From the IMG/VR virus record IMGVR_UViG_3300025732_000033: 64,000 nt of DNA; one strand, given 5' to 3'. Origin of the DNA: an uncultured virus (IMG/VR IMGVR_UViG_3300025732_000033) (Duplodnaviria > Heunggongvirae > Uroviricota > Caudoviricetes). Below, piece after piece: positions 30,595 to 41,132 of this stretch; position 1 is the first letter of the stretch; each line of letters opens with the position of its first letter. Below the pieces are notes generated by a model that was not told the origin of the DNA, did no database searches, and saw only the letters and a program-made list of their open reading frames with translations. The translations under genes and the position numbers were made by a program.

Positions 30595-32969
30595 TGGTAA
30601 CAATTAAATATAAAGACAGTAATTATAGATTTACTGACCCTATAAGATATTTTAAAGCTAATGACCCAATATATTTTGAAGTTGAAAATATACCTTTAAA
30701 ACAATTACAGGAAAATGATCTTTGGCTAAAAGATCAAATTACTAATGGTTTAAAAATTGATGAAATAGATAGATCAGGTTTTTCTGAATTAAAACCTTAT
30801 TCAACAGGAACTGATAATGTTGTAAAAGTAAAACCAGGAAGATTTATTGCAAGAATAAATGATGCCTATAGCATAACACCTTTACAAAAAATAAGAAATT
30901 TATTAGGTCAAAATATAAATGAATACAATACTTGGGCAGCAGAAGGAAGTAATGGAGCTTATTTAGATGTAGTTCTTGAAAAATTTAAAAATCAGTTATC
31001 GAACTTAGATTTGAATGGATTATCAGAGAGAGTTTTAGCTTGGCCAGCATACAGCCCAGGAAGAGCCAGCCAATATTTATCTGAAATATATAATCTAGGT
31101 TTTGGTACAACTTTTCCAACTGGTGTTTCTCCATTACCTGTAGCTCAAGGAGTTCTTTTTCCTGGAGATACTGAAGTAACTGAATATATTATAAAACAAT
31201 ATGAAGATGGTGATGCTCTTACTGGTTTTGCCTCATTAGGCAATGCTGAGACAGCATTTATAAAACGATGGAGAGGTGTTGCTAGAACTGCTGTCGTAGA
31301 TTTATCAGAAGAAACTTCTTTAGAAATACCTCCATTTAATGCTGAAGATTTTTTCTATATTGACGAAAACGGTGTTAAGCAATTAATATCAGGAGCTAAT
31401 CAAAGAATAGATTTATTATTTATTTATTCAAAACCAGTTGATGCTAGCTCAACAACTATAGCAAAGTTCACTGAGTTCTCTCAACCAACTACAATAACTA
31501 AACCAGAGCTTGGTATAGTTTATGGTGCTGGGTTAGGTGTAGACTTTAGAAAAACTTCTAATGATATTAGATCTGCAATTAAGCAAGTTGATTTAATAGA
31601 TCAAGTCGGAACTTCAAAAATGCTTGCATTTGTTGGAGATTCTTTATCAGTTAATAATGGATTCTCGTTATCTAACGTTCATGGATCATTCCCAGCACCA
31701 GATGATTTAATGAACATAGCTCCAATGTTAGATATTAATTTAAGGGATAATCATTTTGCATTAGTAGGACAAACAGTATTACCGTTAGCTTATATTGTAG
31801 TTAAGGCTGGTGCTGCTGTTAATGAAAATAATCAAAGTTTGTCTGTAATTTCAAACAATGATATTATTGATATAAGACCTTTCTTTAGAACTACTGAACT
31901 TACTTATAATGAGAGGGCTGGGTTGGCTGCTGCTATCCCTGCGCCCTCTTTAGCCAATCCAGTTGTTACTCAAGCTGAATTAGACTTTGAAGTAAAGAGA
32001 AGTTATCAAGCCATTCAAGCTAGATTAAATTCTATTCAAAATACAGTTACTGTTCAAACTACGCCTAGAGTTGTTGGAGCGGGATACGTAAAAGGTGGAT
32101 ATAACTTTGGTGTAGAGGGAACATTAGCAAGATATATTGAACTTAGACTCACTCAAGGAAATTTAACAAAAGAAAGATTAAAGTCTGAAGTAATATCAAG
32201 ATTTGGATTACCATTAGGAATTGAAATCCCAGATTTCCCAGATTGGGATATTGGTGCTTGGGTTGTAGCTAACAATTTAAGTGAGCAAGGATCATTTCCA
32301 AATGATTACATGAATGTTTATCAATCTGGAGGATATGGAAATGTGAGACCTACTTATGCTAATACTGCAGTAGAGTTTGCTCCTTATCAAAATAAGGAAT
32401 TAACAACTAGATTAGAGAGACTAGGAACTGACAATATAACTGGTAAAACCGGACACACTTGTGTGTTCTTTGTTAAAAAGAAAATATACTTTAATAGAGG
32501 ATCTATTCCTTGGATGAACGACTACCATGTTGATGTCCAGCTATGGAATTGTGCTCCCCTAGGATGCAGGGCGCAAGCGGAAAGATCCATAACTACGGCA
32601 GGAACTAATTCAGTTTGGGTAGAAAAATCATATAACTATTTTACCATTTACGTAGCTTGGGTTGCCAGTGATTATAATTTCGGAAATGGAAAAGAAGAAA
32701 TCATAGAGAATATAAATAATTCTACTTCAATTAATTTACCAAACTCAAGAAGAAATGGTAGTAATTATGCCGGGTTCTTAGTTATGACTGATGGAATAAC
32801 TAATGCTGGTGGAAGAGGGGATTATAATCAAACTGTATTTAATGGCGAAGGTAGCGCAGGAATTGCTATTTATCCTTCAGTGACATTTAAAATAACTGGG
32901 TATCCAGTAAATTATAATGGATTAAATTTAAATCTTAACGCCGATAATCCAACTTTAACACTAGCTTAG
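30594..32969 (+). CDS. Tail/baseplate-associated virion protein
   Basis: IRYFKANDP.Y.EV.N.PL.QL.END..L start; I.DIRPFF motif; TAATG-coupled to the upstream gene. Confidence 0.55.
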   Translation: MVTIKYKDSNYRFTDPIRYFKANDPIYFEVENIPLKQLQENDLWLKDQITNGLKIDEIDRSGFSELKPYSTGTDNVVKVKPGRFIARINDAYSITPLQKIRNLLGQNINEYNTWAAEGSNGAYLDVVLEKFKNQLSNLDLNGLSERVLAWPAYSPGRASQYLSEIYNLGFGTTFPTGVSPLPVAQGVLFPGDTEVTEYIIKQYEDGDALTGFASLGNAETAFIKRWRGVARTAVVDLSEETSLEIPPFNAEDFFYIDENGVKQLISGANQRIDLLFIYSKPVDASSTTIAKFTEFSQPTTITKPELGIVYGAGLGVDFRKTSNDIRSAIKQVDLIDQVGTSKMLAFVGDSLSVNNGFSLSNVHGSFPAPDDLMNIAPMLDINLRDNHFALVGQTVLPLAYIVVKAGAAVNENNQSLSVISNNDIIDIRPFFRTTELTYNERAGLAAAIPAPSLANPVVTQAELDFEVKRSYQAIQARLNSIQNTVTVQTTPRVVGAGYVKGGYNFGVEGTLARYIELRLTQGNLTKERLKSEVISRFGLPLGIEIPDFPDWDIGAWVVANNLSEQGSFPNDYMNVYQSGGYGNVRPTYANTAVEFAPYQNKELTTRLERLGTDNITGKTGHTCVFFVKKKIYFNRGSIPWMNDYHVDVQLWNCAPLGCRAQAERSITTAGTNSVWVEKSYNYFTIYVAWVASDYNFGNGKEEIIENINNSTSINLPNSRRNGSNYAGFLVMTDGITNAGGRGDYNQTVFNGEGSAGIAIYPSVTFKITGYPVNYNGLNLNLNADNPTLTLA

Positions 32970-32970
32970 T

Positions 32971-35900
32971 ATGCCTAGAATTAGTAATAGGTTTAATTGT
33001 GGAGAGTTTCTCCCTGGTCGAAGACCTGTTACCGGGGGCACTGTAAATACAGTTCCTCCAATCTATATTCCACCTCCAAAAAAAATACCAAGGCCACCAT
33101 TTCCACCAGCACCAGATGATCCTAGGGGTCCTGGGTCAGAGAGGAGATGGGCATGTAGATTTAGAGGAACTATAACTTGCCCCCCACCAAACTTAGACGT
33201 AATTTCAAGTCGTGTATTTAGATGTATTGAATGTAATACTACTTTGGCAGGATCTTGGCCACCTGAGTGTATTTATCATAGAAAAGAACTTTGTCAAATC
33301 CACTGTCTGAATATAGATTATCCATGCCCAATACCCCAAGTTCAAGATGGATTTAAGTGTGTAGAAGAAAAGATATTATGTCCTTATGGGACCGCACCTA
33401 TTCCAGGTGTATCAGAAATTGATCCAACTACTGGATTACCAATAAAAGAAATAATAAGAAGATGTGAACCCTGTAGAATAATGCCATCAGATCCTGATTG
33501 TATTTATCAAAAAATAGATGATTGTCAGGAAGTATGTCTAACATCTCAATACGAGGATTGTGTTAGAACGCCAAGGGGTCCTACAACAGGTGGCGGTATA
33601 GCCACTGCTGTAATTGAAGATGGGTGGAGATGTAATACAACAGACTTATTTTGTCAAAATGGAACTCGTTATGGATTTATCCAGGAATGTGTTCAAGATT
33701 GTAATTTAAGTATTAGTCGTCCGGGAGATGGATGCTTTCAATTTAAACGAGACTGCGATAATACATGCCCTTATGTTGTTCAAGAAGATCCAGAACTTTG
33801 TGATCCAGTCACTCCAACAGGTGGTACTGGTGTAGAACAAAGATTTGCATGTGCTCAAAAAGTTGTTTCTTGTCCTGAAGGTCAAAATGGTAATATTTAT
33901 TTGCATGGATGTATTGAGTGTGTAAATAATAATGGAACTTGGGTATTAAGTGATCCAACTTGGAGCAGTCAAGCAGGGTGCGTTTATACTAGTAGGCAAA
34001 ACTGCGCAGATCAATGCCCATCATATGAATCTAATGAATGCTATGGACAAAGCACCGGGGGGACTACGCCCGTAGGCAATCCAGTGACGGAAGAAAATAA
34101 TACTCCAGTAAGTGAACAAACTGGATTATCAAATGTATTTCCTGGAACTGAAATTCCCCCAGGAGGTGGTGGAGGCGGTGGCGGTAGATTTAACCCTGAA
34201 CAATTAAGGATGTCTGGGAATAATCAAAGATTTATTTCAAATTCTGTTATAGTAACTACTGACTCTCTTATAAGTAATTTAATAAGTAATATACCAACTA
34301 AACAAGTGGAAGAAATAGTATTAATAGATGACACTATAGTTGATAACTCAGTTGATGAAGGTCCAACAACTTACAGAGAACAGGGTTTGTATGATAGAAT
34401 ATATAACTTCTTTACTTACCCAGTAAACACTAAAGTTGAATTAGTTCAAAATGATCAATATTTAAATGTATTTAATACTGTAATAACAAAAGAAGTAAAA
34501 CATTTTATAGATAGACAAGATAATTCTCCTTTGCCTTGGAGTGATGTTGCAATATCAAATCTAACTCAAGATAAAATTGCTATTAGTTTAAATACAGATT
34601 TGTTAAAAGCTTTTAATAACATAAATGATTTTGGTGGACAAGCTGTCCCACTCAGTAATTTTTTAAATATTATTCAATCACTTTTATTGTCTGGCAGGAT
34701 ATCAGAATTTGATTCTAACTATTATTTATCTTTAGAGCTAAGACAAGCCGAGGATAATCCTATTAGGTATTCTCAAAATAGTGATTATGACGAAGTTACC
34801 AGGGCTGCATTAGGTTTAATATCAAATGGTGCATCTTCATCTGATTATTCCTCATATATGAATCAGTATGAAAAGAATCAAATAAAAAGACAAAGAAGAC
34901 TAAACACTGATATTAATGTTAAACTACAAACTGTAGATTTATCTGGAGAGTATTCAACGCTACCTTTAACTGATCATGGAGTCCCAACTATGTCTTTAGA
35001 TGGTGATTTAACTTTAAGCACCACTTTTGACGTATTGGATCTTGGGGATGGTGCAGGATATTATATTTCAGCTATAGATTTTTCTGGAACTGAGTCCCCT
35101 GTTATTAGCCAAAATGATTCTTCAGCATCATTTTTTATACCACCTGTATTAAGAGATAATGTATTAAGAATATTAAATTTTGATAATGCTGCCACTTTAA
35201 CAGTATCCTCAAATTTATCAGGGCATGAATTATCTACTGATTATAACCCTTCAGCAGATGTAAGTGTTATGTATTTTGCATTAGACTTAGATACTTTAGA
35301 AGATAATACAACTAATAATTCTCTTGTAAATTTAACTACAGCAACATTTAGATTGCTATCCAAGGATGAAGCAATCCTACATGCTAGAAACTATAGTTTA
35401 AATACTTCTAAATTAAATATAAATTATGATGATCCAATTATTCATTATTTAAGAGATACTAGTTCTATAGAGTATAAACAATATGATGTTAATTTTAAGA
35501 ACTATCAAATAAATAGAACAGATGATCAATCTATATTAACAAGAAATATTCCTTTTGGATTAATAATAACTCCAGGACTAGGATCTTCCCATAATCCCTA
35601 TCATGCTTACTCTGAATTAATTAATTATAATTCTTCAAATATTGTTAGATTATTAAAAATGGTCCCTAATATTGATGTAAGCAGAAAAGACATATTAACC
35701 CCACCACTAGATGAAAAATTAATTTATGATGAACTTGGAACTTATTATTATGGATTATATGAAAAGTATAATGATATAGATCCACAAGGTATAATTTATG
35801 AGTATAATCCAAGTTCTAATTTGTTTTCAAAATCTTATTACTATTCCAATTCATATTCAAATATTCAACCACCCTCATCAACTAGAACTGGGTCGGCAGA

Positions 35901-36186
35901 ATCAGTGATAATAAATTTAATAGATAAATTAAAAACTTTATATAACCCAGAAGAATTAACTTGGTGGGATGTTTATAGAAGACTTAATTCTAATCAAATT
36001 GGAAAGTTTATATTATCAAATCAATCCCAGTTTACTAATGATTTAGCAAATGGATTTAAAGATATACCAATTAGAGATGTATTATCTAGTCCTAATATTA
36101 CTGAAACAGGTATATTGGTAGATCCAGTAGAAAATGATATAATATATATAAAGGAACAAGATAGAGAAAATGCCCCTTATTATTAA
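32971..36186 (+). CDS. Large protein with four N-terminal 8-Cys repeats and Pro/Gly linkers
   Basis: 1071 aa; 32 Cys in four repeats within about aa 60-357; in the structural operon before PAAR. Confidence 0.7.
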   Translation: MPRISNRFNCGEFLPGRRPVTGGTVNTVPPIYIPPPKKIPRPPFPPAPDDPRGPGSERRWACRFRGTITCPPPNLDVISSRVFRCIECNTTLAGSWPPECIYHRKELCQIHCLNIDYPCPIPQVQDGFKCVEEKILCPYGTAPIPGVSEIDPTTGLPIKEIIRRCEPCRIMPSDPDCIYQKIDDCQEVCLTSQYEDCVRTPRGPTTGGGIATAVIEDGWRCNTTDLFCQNGTRYGFIQECVQDCNLSISRPGDGCFQFKRDCDNTCPYVVQEDPELCDPVTPTGGTGVEQRFACAQKVVSCPEGQNGNIYLHGCIECVNNNGTWVLSDPTWSSQAGCVYTSRQNCADQCPSYESNECYGQSTGGTTPVGNPVTEENNTPVSEQTGLSNVFPGTEIPPGGGGGGGGRFNPEQLRMSGNNQRFISNSVIVTTDSLISNLISNIPTKQVEEIVLIDDTIVDNSVDEGPTTYREQGLYDRIYNFFTYPVNTKVELVQNDQYLNVFNTVITKEVKHFIDRQDNSPLPWSDVAISNLTQDKIAISLNTDLLKAFNNINDFGGQAVPLSNFLNIIQSLLLSGRISEFDSNYYLSLELRQAEDNPIRYSQNSDYDEVTRAALGLISNGASSSDYSSYMNQYEKNQIKRQRRLNTDINVKLQTVDLSGEYSTLPLTDHGVPTMSLDGDLTLSTTFDVLDLGDGAGYYISAIDFSGTESPVISQNDSSASFFIPPVLRDNVLRILNFDNAATLTVSSNLSGHELSTDYNPSADVSVMYFALDLDTLEDNTTNNSLVNLTTATFRLLSKDEAILHARNYSLNTSKLNINYDDPIIHYLRDTSSIEYKQYDVNFKNYQINRTDDQSILTRNIPFGLIITPGLGSSHNPYHAYSELINYNSSNIVRLLKMVPNIDVSRKDILTPPLDEKLIYDELGTYYYGLYEKYNDIDPQGIIYEYNPSSNLFSKSYYYSNSYSNIQPPSSTRTGSAESVIINLIDKLKTLYNPEELTWWDVYRRLNSNQIGKFILSNQSQFTNDLANGFKDIPIRDVLSSPNITETGILVDPVENDIIYIKEQDRENAPYY

Positions 36187-36478
36187 TTCAATCACACCAT
36201 CCACAGGACATTGCCATTTACCAGTTAGATGCTCTAATCCAACTCAATCAAACGTTTTTGCTGCTAATAATTTAGTTGTTTTAGTTGGGGATACTTATGA
36301 TCCTCATATTGTCCCACCATTCTGCCCGCCCCCTAATCCAGTTCACATAGCTACAGCAAGTAGGGGCTCTCCTAATGTTTTTGTCCAAGATAAAGCATTA
36401 ACAAGACAAGGAGATAATTTAAGTTGTGGGGATACAGCTAATAATCCGGGAATTAGTTTTGTATTCATTAATAATTAA
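36170..36478 (+). CDS. PAAR-like spike tip protein (T4 gp5.4-like)
   Basis: GHC, NVF.N..VV.VGD...H, GSPNVFV....L.R.GD.LSCG. Confidence 0.85.
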   Translation: MPLIINSITPSTGHCHLPVRCSNPTQSNVFAANNLVVLVGDTYDPHIVPPFCPPPNPVHIATASRGSPNVFVQDKALTRQGDNLSCGDTANNPGISFVFINN

Positions 36479-36554
36479 TAAATTTTATTTAATTTACTTG
36501 CAGGGCATATATATAGATAATATACAGACATATTGTTTTTCAAAGGATTAAATT

Positions 36555-37001
36555 ATGAAAAAAGAAGTCCTCAAAGAGGAAGTTGATCAGCTAATATCCC
36601 AGTCATTCTGGGGTAAGTCAGGAGTTTCTTTAAAGGAAGATACTCAGGTTCAAGAAGACGTTGGGTCAGAAGTTCAGTCAGATGACGATGATTCCCAGGA
36701 GGAGGTTGTAACTGAGGAAACTCATACTTGCCCTCTTTGTGAGTCAACCTTGGAAAATGACATTTCCGATGAGAAGTTAACCGAGCACATTGAGATGATG
36801 CTTGGTATTATCAATGAGATGAACGATATCACCGACGAGGAGTTAGAGTCCATCGAGGAAGACATTGATAGTGACGACCAGGATGAAGAGGAAGTCGGTG
36901 AAGATTTAGATGAGGAATCCTGTGGAACCGGAGCTAAGATGAAGGATTCTAAAGGCCAAGCTAAGAAGATGAAAGCTTTAATGGCTGGAAAAAAGAAGTG
37001 A
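36555..37001 (+). CDS. Acidic prohead core-like protein with CPLC
   Basis: Very D/E-rich with basic tail; LKE motifs; upstream of the protease. Confidence 0.5.
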   Translation: MKKEVLKEEVDQLISQSFWGKSGVSLKEDTQVQEDVGSEVQSDDDDSQEEVVTEETHTCPLCESTLENDISDEKLTEHIEMMLGIINEMNDITDEELESIEEDIDSDDQDEEEVGEDLDEESCGTGAKMKDSKGQAKKMKALMAGKKK

Positions 37002-37030
37002 GGAAGTTAAGCAGTAATTAGTTTAATTAC

Positions 37031-37519
37031 ATGAGTAACCAAGAATTTCCTAATATTTCAGTTGGTGACTTTGCCATGGATATCTTAAAAGACATGGCAA
37101 AGGACCCTGTTAAATCATTAAAACCTGCTTTAAAAGAATCAACTATTCAATCATCTAATGTTCCTGATATTAGTAACATTAAAGTAAATGAAGATTTTGT
37201 TTCTTTGGTTACCGGAGAAAATAAAAAAGTTTTAATTAAAGAAAGCCCAAGCCCAATTATAAGAGAATCAAAAGAACAAAAATTAGAAAATTTAGTAAAT
37301 AAACTTTCTAGTTTGTTAGTTGAGGCTAGGCAATTAGTTGAGGAAATTTCTTCCGGGGCTACCACTGTAGGTAATATTGGGGTTAACACAGCTAGTAAGA
37401 AGTCTAAAAGTAAAGCTAATCCTTGGGCTATTTGCCATTCGTCTGTTGGACCTAAGAAGAATGATAAGTTTGAACGCTGCGTAAAGAAAATAAAAAGTAA
37501 ATACGGTATAGATAAATGA
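37031..37519 (+). CDS. Putative prohead core/internal protein
   Basis: Multiple (L/I)xE sites; C-terminal NPWAICHSS...KFERCV..IK motif. Confidence 0.5.
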   Translation: MSNQEFPNISVGDFAMDILKDMAKDPVKSLKPALKESTIQSSNVPDISNIKVNEDFVSLVTGENKKVLIKESPSPIIRESKEQKLENLVNKLSSLLVEARQLVEEISSGATTVGNIGVNTASKKSKSKANPWAICHSSVGPKKNDKFERCVKKIKSKYGIDK

Positions 37520-37923
37520 AAGATTTTTTAACTTTACTAAATGAAACTAGATTTGAGAAGGCTAAAGGATCTAAAGAGGGTAGGCAAGCTATTAATGATA
37601 GAGGTAAAAGATCTCACACCCAGCCCTCAAAATCAAAAGTAAGAGTTTACGGATCTATTACCGATGCCCTTAAAAAAGGTTACATGGGGCAAATTTTCTC
37701 AACTAAAGAATCAGATCGTCTTTATGTTATAACTAAACAAAAATGGGGTAAAGACGATGAACAAATTGTTAACGGTAGATCCGCCAAAGGATTCTCACCG
37801 GGTAATATACCATCAAAATTTAGTGATGTCAAAAAATATTCTATAAGAACCATGGTTCGTCATAGTGGATCTTCTGATAAAAAAAATAAAGACAAGAAAC
37901 CTTGGAGCGATAAGAAGAAATAA
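37516..37923 (+). CDS. Basic putative prohead core/internal protein
   Basis: MKDF..LLNE start, Lys-rich, directly upstream of gp21. Confidence 0.5.
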   Translation: MKDFLTLLNETRFEKAKGSKEGRQAINDRGKRSHTQPSKSKVRVYGSITDALKKGYMGQIFSTKESDRLYVITKQKWGKDDEQIVNGRSAKGFSPGNIPSKFSDVKKYSIRTMVRHSGSSDKKNKDKKPWSDKKK

Positions 37924-37925
37924 TC

Positions 37926-38705
37926 ATGCAACAATTACAAGATGTATTTATTCTCCAGAACATGAGAGTTATTAATGAGGGTAAATCTGGTCCTCTAAAG
38001 GTTCGTGGCATATTTCAAAGAGCCGACGAAGCTAATAACAACAATAGAATTTATCCACAAAAAGTTCTTGAGGGATCAATTAAATCATTAAACGAAGCAA
38101 TTAAAGAACGCCGTCTTGTTGGTGAGTTAGATCACCCCACTTACGATATGGTGAAGTTATCTAATGCTTCTCACTTAATTACTAATCTATGGATGGAAGG
38201 TAAAGAGGTTATTGGCGAGGCTGAAATTCTTCCAACCCCTGCTGGCAAAGTCGTAGAGGGGTTAATTCAAGGTGGAGTAAAGATCGGTATCTCCAGTCGT
38301 GGTATGGGAACTCTAAGTGAGAGTAAGAGTGGCGCTAAAACTGTAAATGAAGACTTTAAACTTCTTACTTTTGATATTGTGGCTGACCCCTCAACTCGTG
38401 GAGCTTACCCATCTTTAACCGAGTCCAAACAGTATAACAAGGATAAGAAAATTATTGAATCAACTATTCGTAACGTAGTTGGTGAGAGATTATTTCTTAA
38501 GCTTCTTGAGAATAAGATCAATGATAAGCTTGGTAGAAAAGATGAGGTGACTAAGACTGACGCTGAAGCCAGAGCCATGGTTGGTGATAAAAGAAAACAA
38601 ACACAGAAACTCAGATCCGAGGGAGATCCCCAAGGAGCTAAAAGAGTAAAGAAGACTACCAAGTCTTTAATAAAGAATATTAAGGGTGGGGCTTACCCAA
38701 AATAA
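37926..38705 (+). CDS. gp21: Prohead protease
   Basis: GIFQRAD..N.N.RIYP, GELDHP, SHLIT, TPAG, GISSRGMG, DIVADPS. Confidence 0.95.
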   Translation: MQQLQDVFILQNMRVINEGKSGPLKVRGIFQRADEANNNNRIYPQKVLEGSIKSLNEAIKERRLVGELDHPTYDMVKLSNASHLITNLWMEGKEVIGEAEILPTPAGKVVEGLIQGGVKIGISSRGMGTLSESKSGAKTVNEDFKLLTFDIVADPSTRGAYPSLTESKQYNKDKKIIESTIRNVVGERLFLKLLENKINDKLGRKDEVTKTDAEARAMVGDKRKQTQKLRSEGDPQGAKRVKKTTKSLIKNIKGGAYPK

Positions 38706-38756
38706 CAAAAATAATATATTTTTGTTAAATTTTTAATTAAAAGGATAGATAGTTGT

Positions 38757-39395
38757 ATGAAGAAAAATTCATTAGAACAAATAGCGAACCTACTACCTGA
38801 GGGTTTAACTGAAGATGTAATTGAAAAAATTGCTACTTTAGTTCATACCAAGATTCAAGAAGAGGTTAATGCTAAAACGGAGGATTTAACTATTAAAGTT
38901 AAAGCCTATTTAAGAGGTCAAATTGAACGTCTCAAAGAACATGCTCTTCGTGAGCTTGAGTTAGAAAACGAGACTTATCGTAATGCTCAACTATACGAGA
39001 CTGCTAAGGCTTTATTTGTTGCAGAGCTATCTCCAGATGATGAGATAACTGCTGTTAATTTAATGTCTTTAGAACAAAATAATCTGGAAAAGAAGATAGA
39101 AGTCTTAGCTGGAGAATTAAATAATTCTCTAAAAGAAAATATAGACCTTAAGAGATTGCTTAAAGTTGTTTCTGATAAATCAGAAAAACTAGAAGAGTCA
39201 CTTAAATTAACTAAACAAAATTTAGCAGAGTCAAAAGCTATTCAATCTATGAAGCTTTCTGAAACTGCTGAAGTCGTTTCTAAGGAAAATTTCCAACGTC
39301 AAGGGAAGAGGTTAGAGGAACGCAAGGATAGCGTCAAGCCTGAGACGAATGGTAATAAGTTTTTGACCGATGAGGTCATGAAATTGATGTCATAA
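38757..39395 (+). CDS. gp22: Prohead scaffold protein
   Basis: Coiled-coil, Glu/Leu-rich, between gp21 and gp23. Confidence 0.75.
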   Translation: MKKNSLEQIANLLPEGLTEDVIEKIATLVHTKIQEEVNAKTEDLTIKVKAYLRGQIERLKEHALRELELENETYRNAQLYETAKALFVAELSPDDEITAVNLMSLEQNNLEKKIEVLAGELNNSLKENIDLKRLLKVVSDKSEKLEESLKLTKQNLAESKAIQSMKLSETAEVVSKENFQRQGKRLEERKDSVKPETNGNKFLTDEVMKLMS

Positions 39396-39414
39396 TTTTA
39401 AGGAGAAATATATT

Positions 39415-41052
39415 ATGGACGTTTCAAAAATTGGAGGATCACCTGAATTAGTTCAGAAGTGGTCAAAGGCCCTTGACGGTATCAAAAGCGAATATACCGC
39501 TCGGGTTACGGCTCAGTTGCTTGAGAATCAGGCTAAGGCGGTCTTAGCTGAAAGCAACCGAATCAATGAGGAAACTCTTTCAACTGGTTCAACGCAAGTT
39601 GGTAATATTGGAACTTTCCAAAAGTTCGCATTCCCACTTGTTCGTCGCGTATATCCCAATCTAGTATTTAATTATATTGGAGCTACGCAACCAATGGATG
39701 CTCCTGTAAGCCAAATATTCTATCTTGGCAACAGCAGATTCTATGGAGGTAATAAGCAAGAGCTTTACTCCAAGTTTAATCTGACTTATCGTGGCGCTGT
39801 AACTAGCGGTATTGGAAGCATCACGACGGCTGCGGCAAACTCAAATGCTGCCGGATGGCAACTCCCAGGAGGAGGTGCTGCAACTGGATTAAGCTACAAT
39901 ACTGCCACGGGCACGAATGGTTTCTCACTATCAAACGTTTTGGCACCCCAGTATGGATCACCCTCCACTACTTATGGTGGTCAAATGGCTACTTGGCCAA
40001 CTACTGGAACTACTCTTGGTTGGACCGTATCAGCCGGTGAACGTCTCGATGGGACGGGAATTCCTGAAATCCAGTTCCACATTCAACAGCAACCTGTTGT
40101 CGCCAGAACCCGCAAGATGCGTGCTCTCTGGACGATTGAGGCTTCACAGGATCTTAAGGCTTACCACAATCTAGATCTAGAGCGCGAGCTTACGGAGCTT
40201 TTGACGAAGGAGCTTTCACTTGAAATCGACCGCGAGTTGATTGAGGATATCCGTATGATTGCTTATGGAGCCAACTCAGATTTGGGTGGCTGGAAATATG
40301 GTTCACTAGATCCAAATTCAAATTCAAATAACTTTGTTGAATACGGAACTTCCCCAGCACTAAATGGCACTGCAGATACCGTAGGCGGTGCTGCTAATGG
40401 AAACGCTTTAGGTGCATTTGATTGGAATAATAGTGCTGGAGGTGCTTTAAGAACCTCTGATCCATTAACTAATAAGAATGTTTTCATAGTTGACCTTGCT
40501 CAACAATTTATGGGAACTAACTTTGCTCCACAGCACCTAGGCCACAAGTTTGCTAACTTGCTAGCTGTCCTTAATTTTGCTTCACAGGATATCTACAAGA
40601 CTACGCAAAGAGGACCCGGTACTGTAATTATCACTTCACCTCTAATTGCTTCATACCTTGAGTCTGCTGCCAAGCTAGAGGGCGGAATTGCTGATAAGGA
40701 TGGTCCAAGCAATATGGGTGGAAAGATTGAGTATAAGGGTAAGTTTGCTGGTAAGTATGATCTAATTGTAGATCCTCTATTCCCAGAAGACGAGATTATC
40801 CTCGGCTACAATGGTGGAAGCCCAATGGATGCAGGATTCGTATACTGCCCATACATCCCACTTATGCCACTCCCAATGGTAACTGATCCTGGCACGTTCC
40901 AGCCAAGAAAGGGTATCATGACCAGATATGCCAAGGCTGCTATTCAGCCTTCAGCTAGATTCTATCGTGTTATCCGTCTAGTAGGTTTGGGATCAAGTTA
41001 CATGAACCCAGATATGCTAAGAGTAACTTCAAACAGCTTGATTACTGGCTAA
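39415..41052 (+). CDS. gp23: Major capsid protein
   Basis: KW..., LLENQ, PLVRR..P, QPM..P, TRKMRALWT.E..QDL.A.H, EIDRE, DAG..YCPYIPL, FQPRKGIMTRY. Confidence 0.97.
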   Translation: MDVSKIGGSPELVQKWSKALDGIKSEYTARVTAQLLENQAKAVLAESNRINEETLSTGSTQVGNIGTFQKFAFPLVRRVYPNLVFNYIGATQPMDAPVSQIFYLGNSRFYGGNKQELYSKFNLTYRGAVTSGIGSITTAAANSNAAGWQLPGGGAATGLSYNTATGTNGFSLSNVLAPQYGSPSTTYGGQMATWPTTGTTLGWTVSAGERLDGTGIPEIQFHIQQQPVVARTRKMRALWTIEASQDLKAYHNLDLERELTELLTKELSLEIDRELIEDIRMIAYGANSDLGGWKYGSLDPNSNSNNFVEYGTSPALNGTADTVGGAANGNALGAFDWNNSAGGALRTSDPLTNKNVFIVDLAQQFMGTNFAPQHLGHKFANLLAVLNFASQDIYKTTQRGPGTVIITSPLIASYLESAAKLEGGIADKDGPSNMGGKIEYKGKFAGKYDLIVDPLFPEDEIILGYNGGSPMDAGFVYCPYIPLMPLPMVTDPGTFQPRKGIMTRYAKAAIQPSARFYRVIRLVGLGSSYMNPDMLRVTSNSLITG

Positions 41053-41072
41053 TCTTAATTTTAAGATTAATT

Positions 41073-41103
41073 AAAGCGGACCTCTAAAAGGTCCGCTTTT
41101 TTT
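41073..41103 (+). terminator. Rho-independent terminator after gp23
   Basis: AAAGCGGACCT-ctaaa-AGGTCCGCTTT plus T run; a second AT-rich hairpin at 41050-41069. Confidence 0.9.
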
Positions 41104-41132
41104 ATTTGTAGGATACCTAAATATCTATAAGT

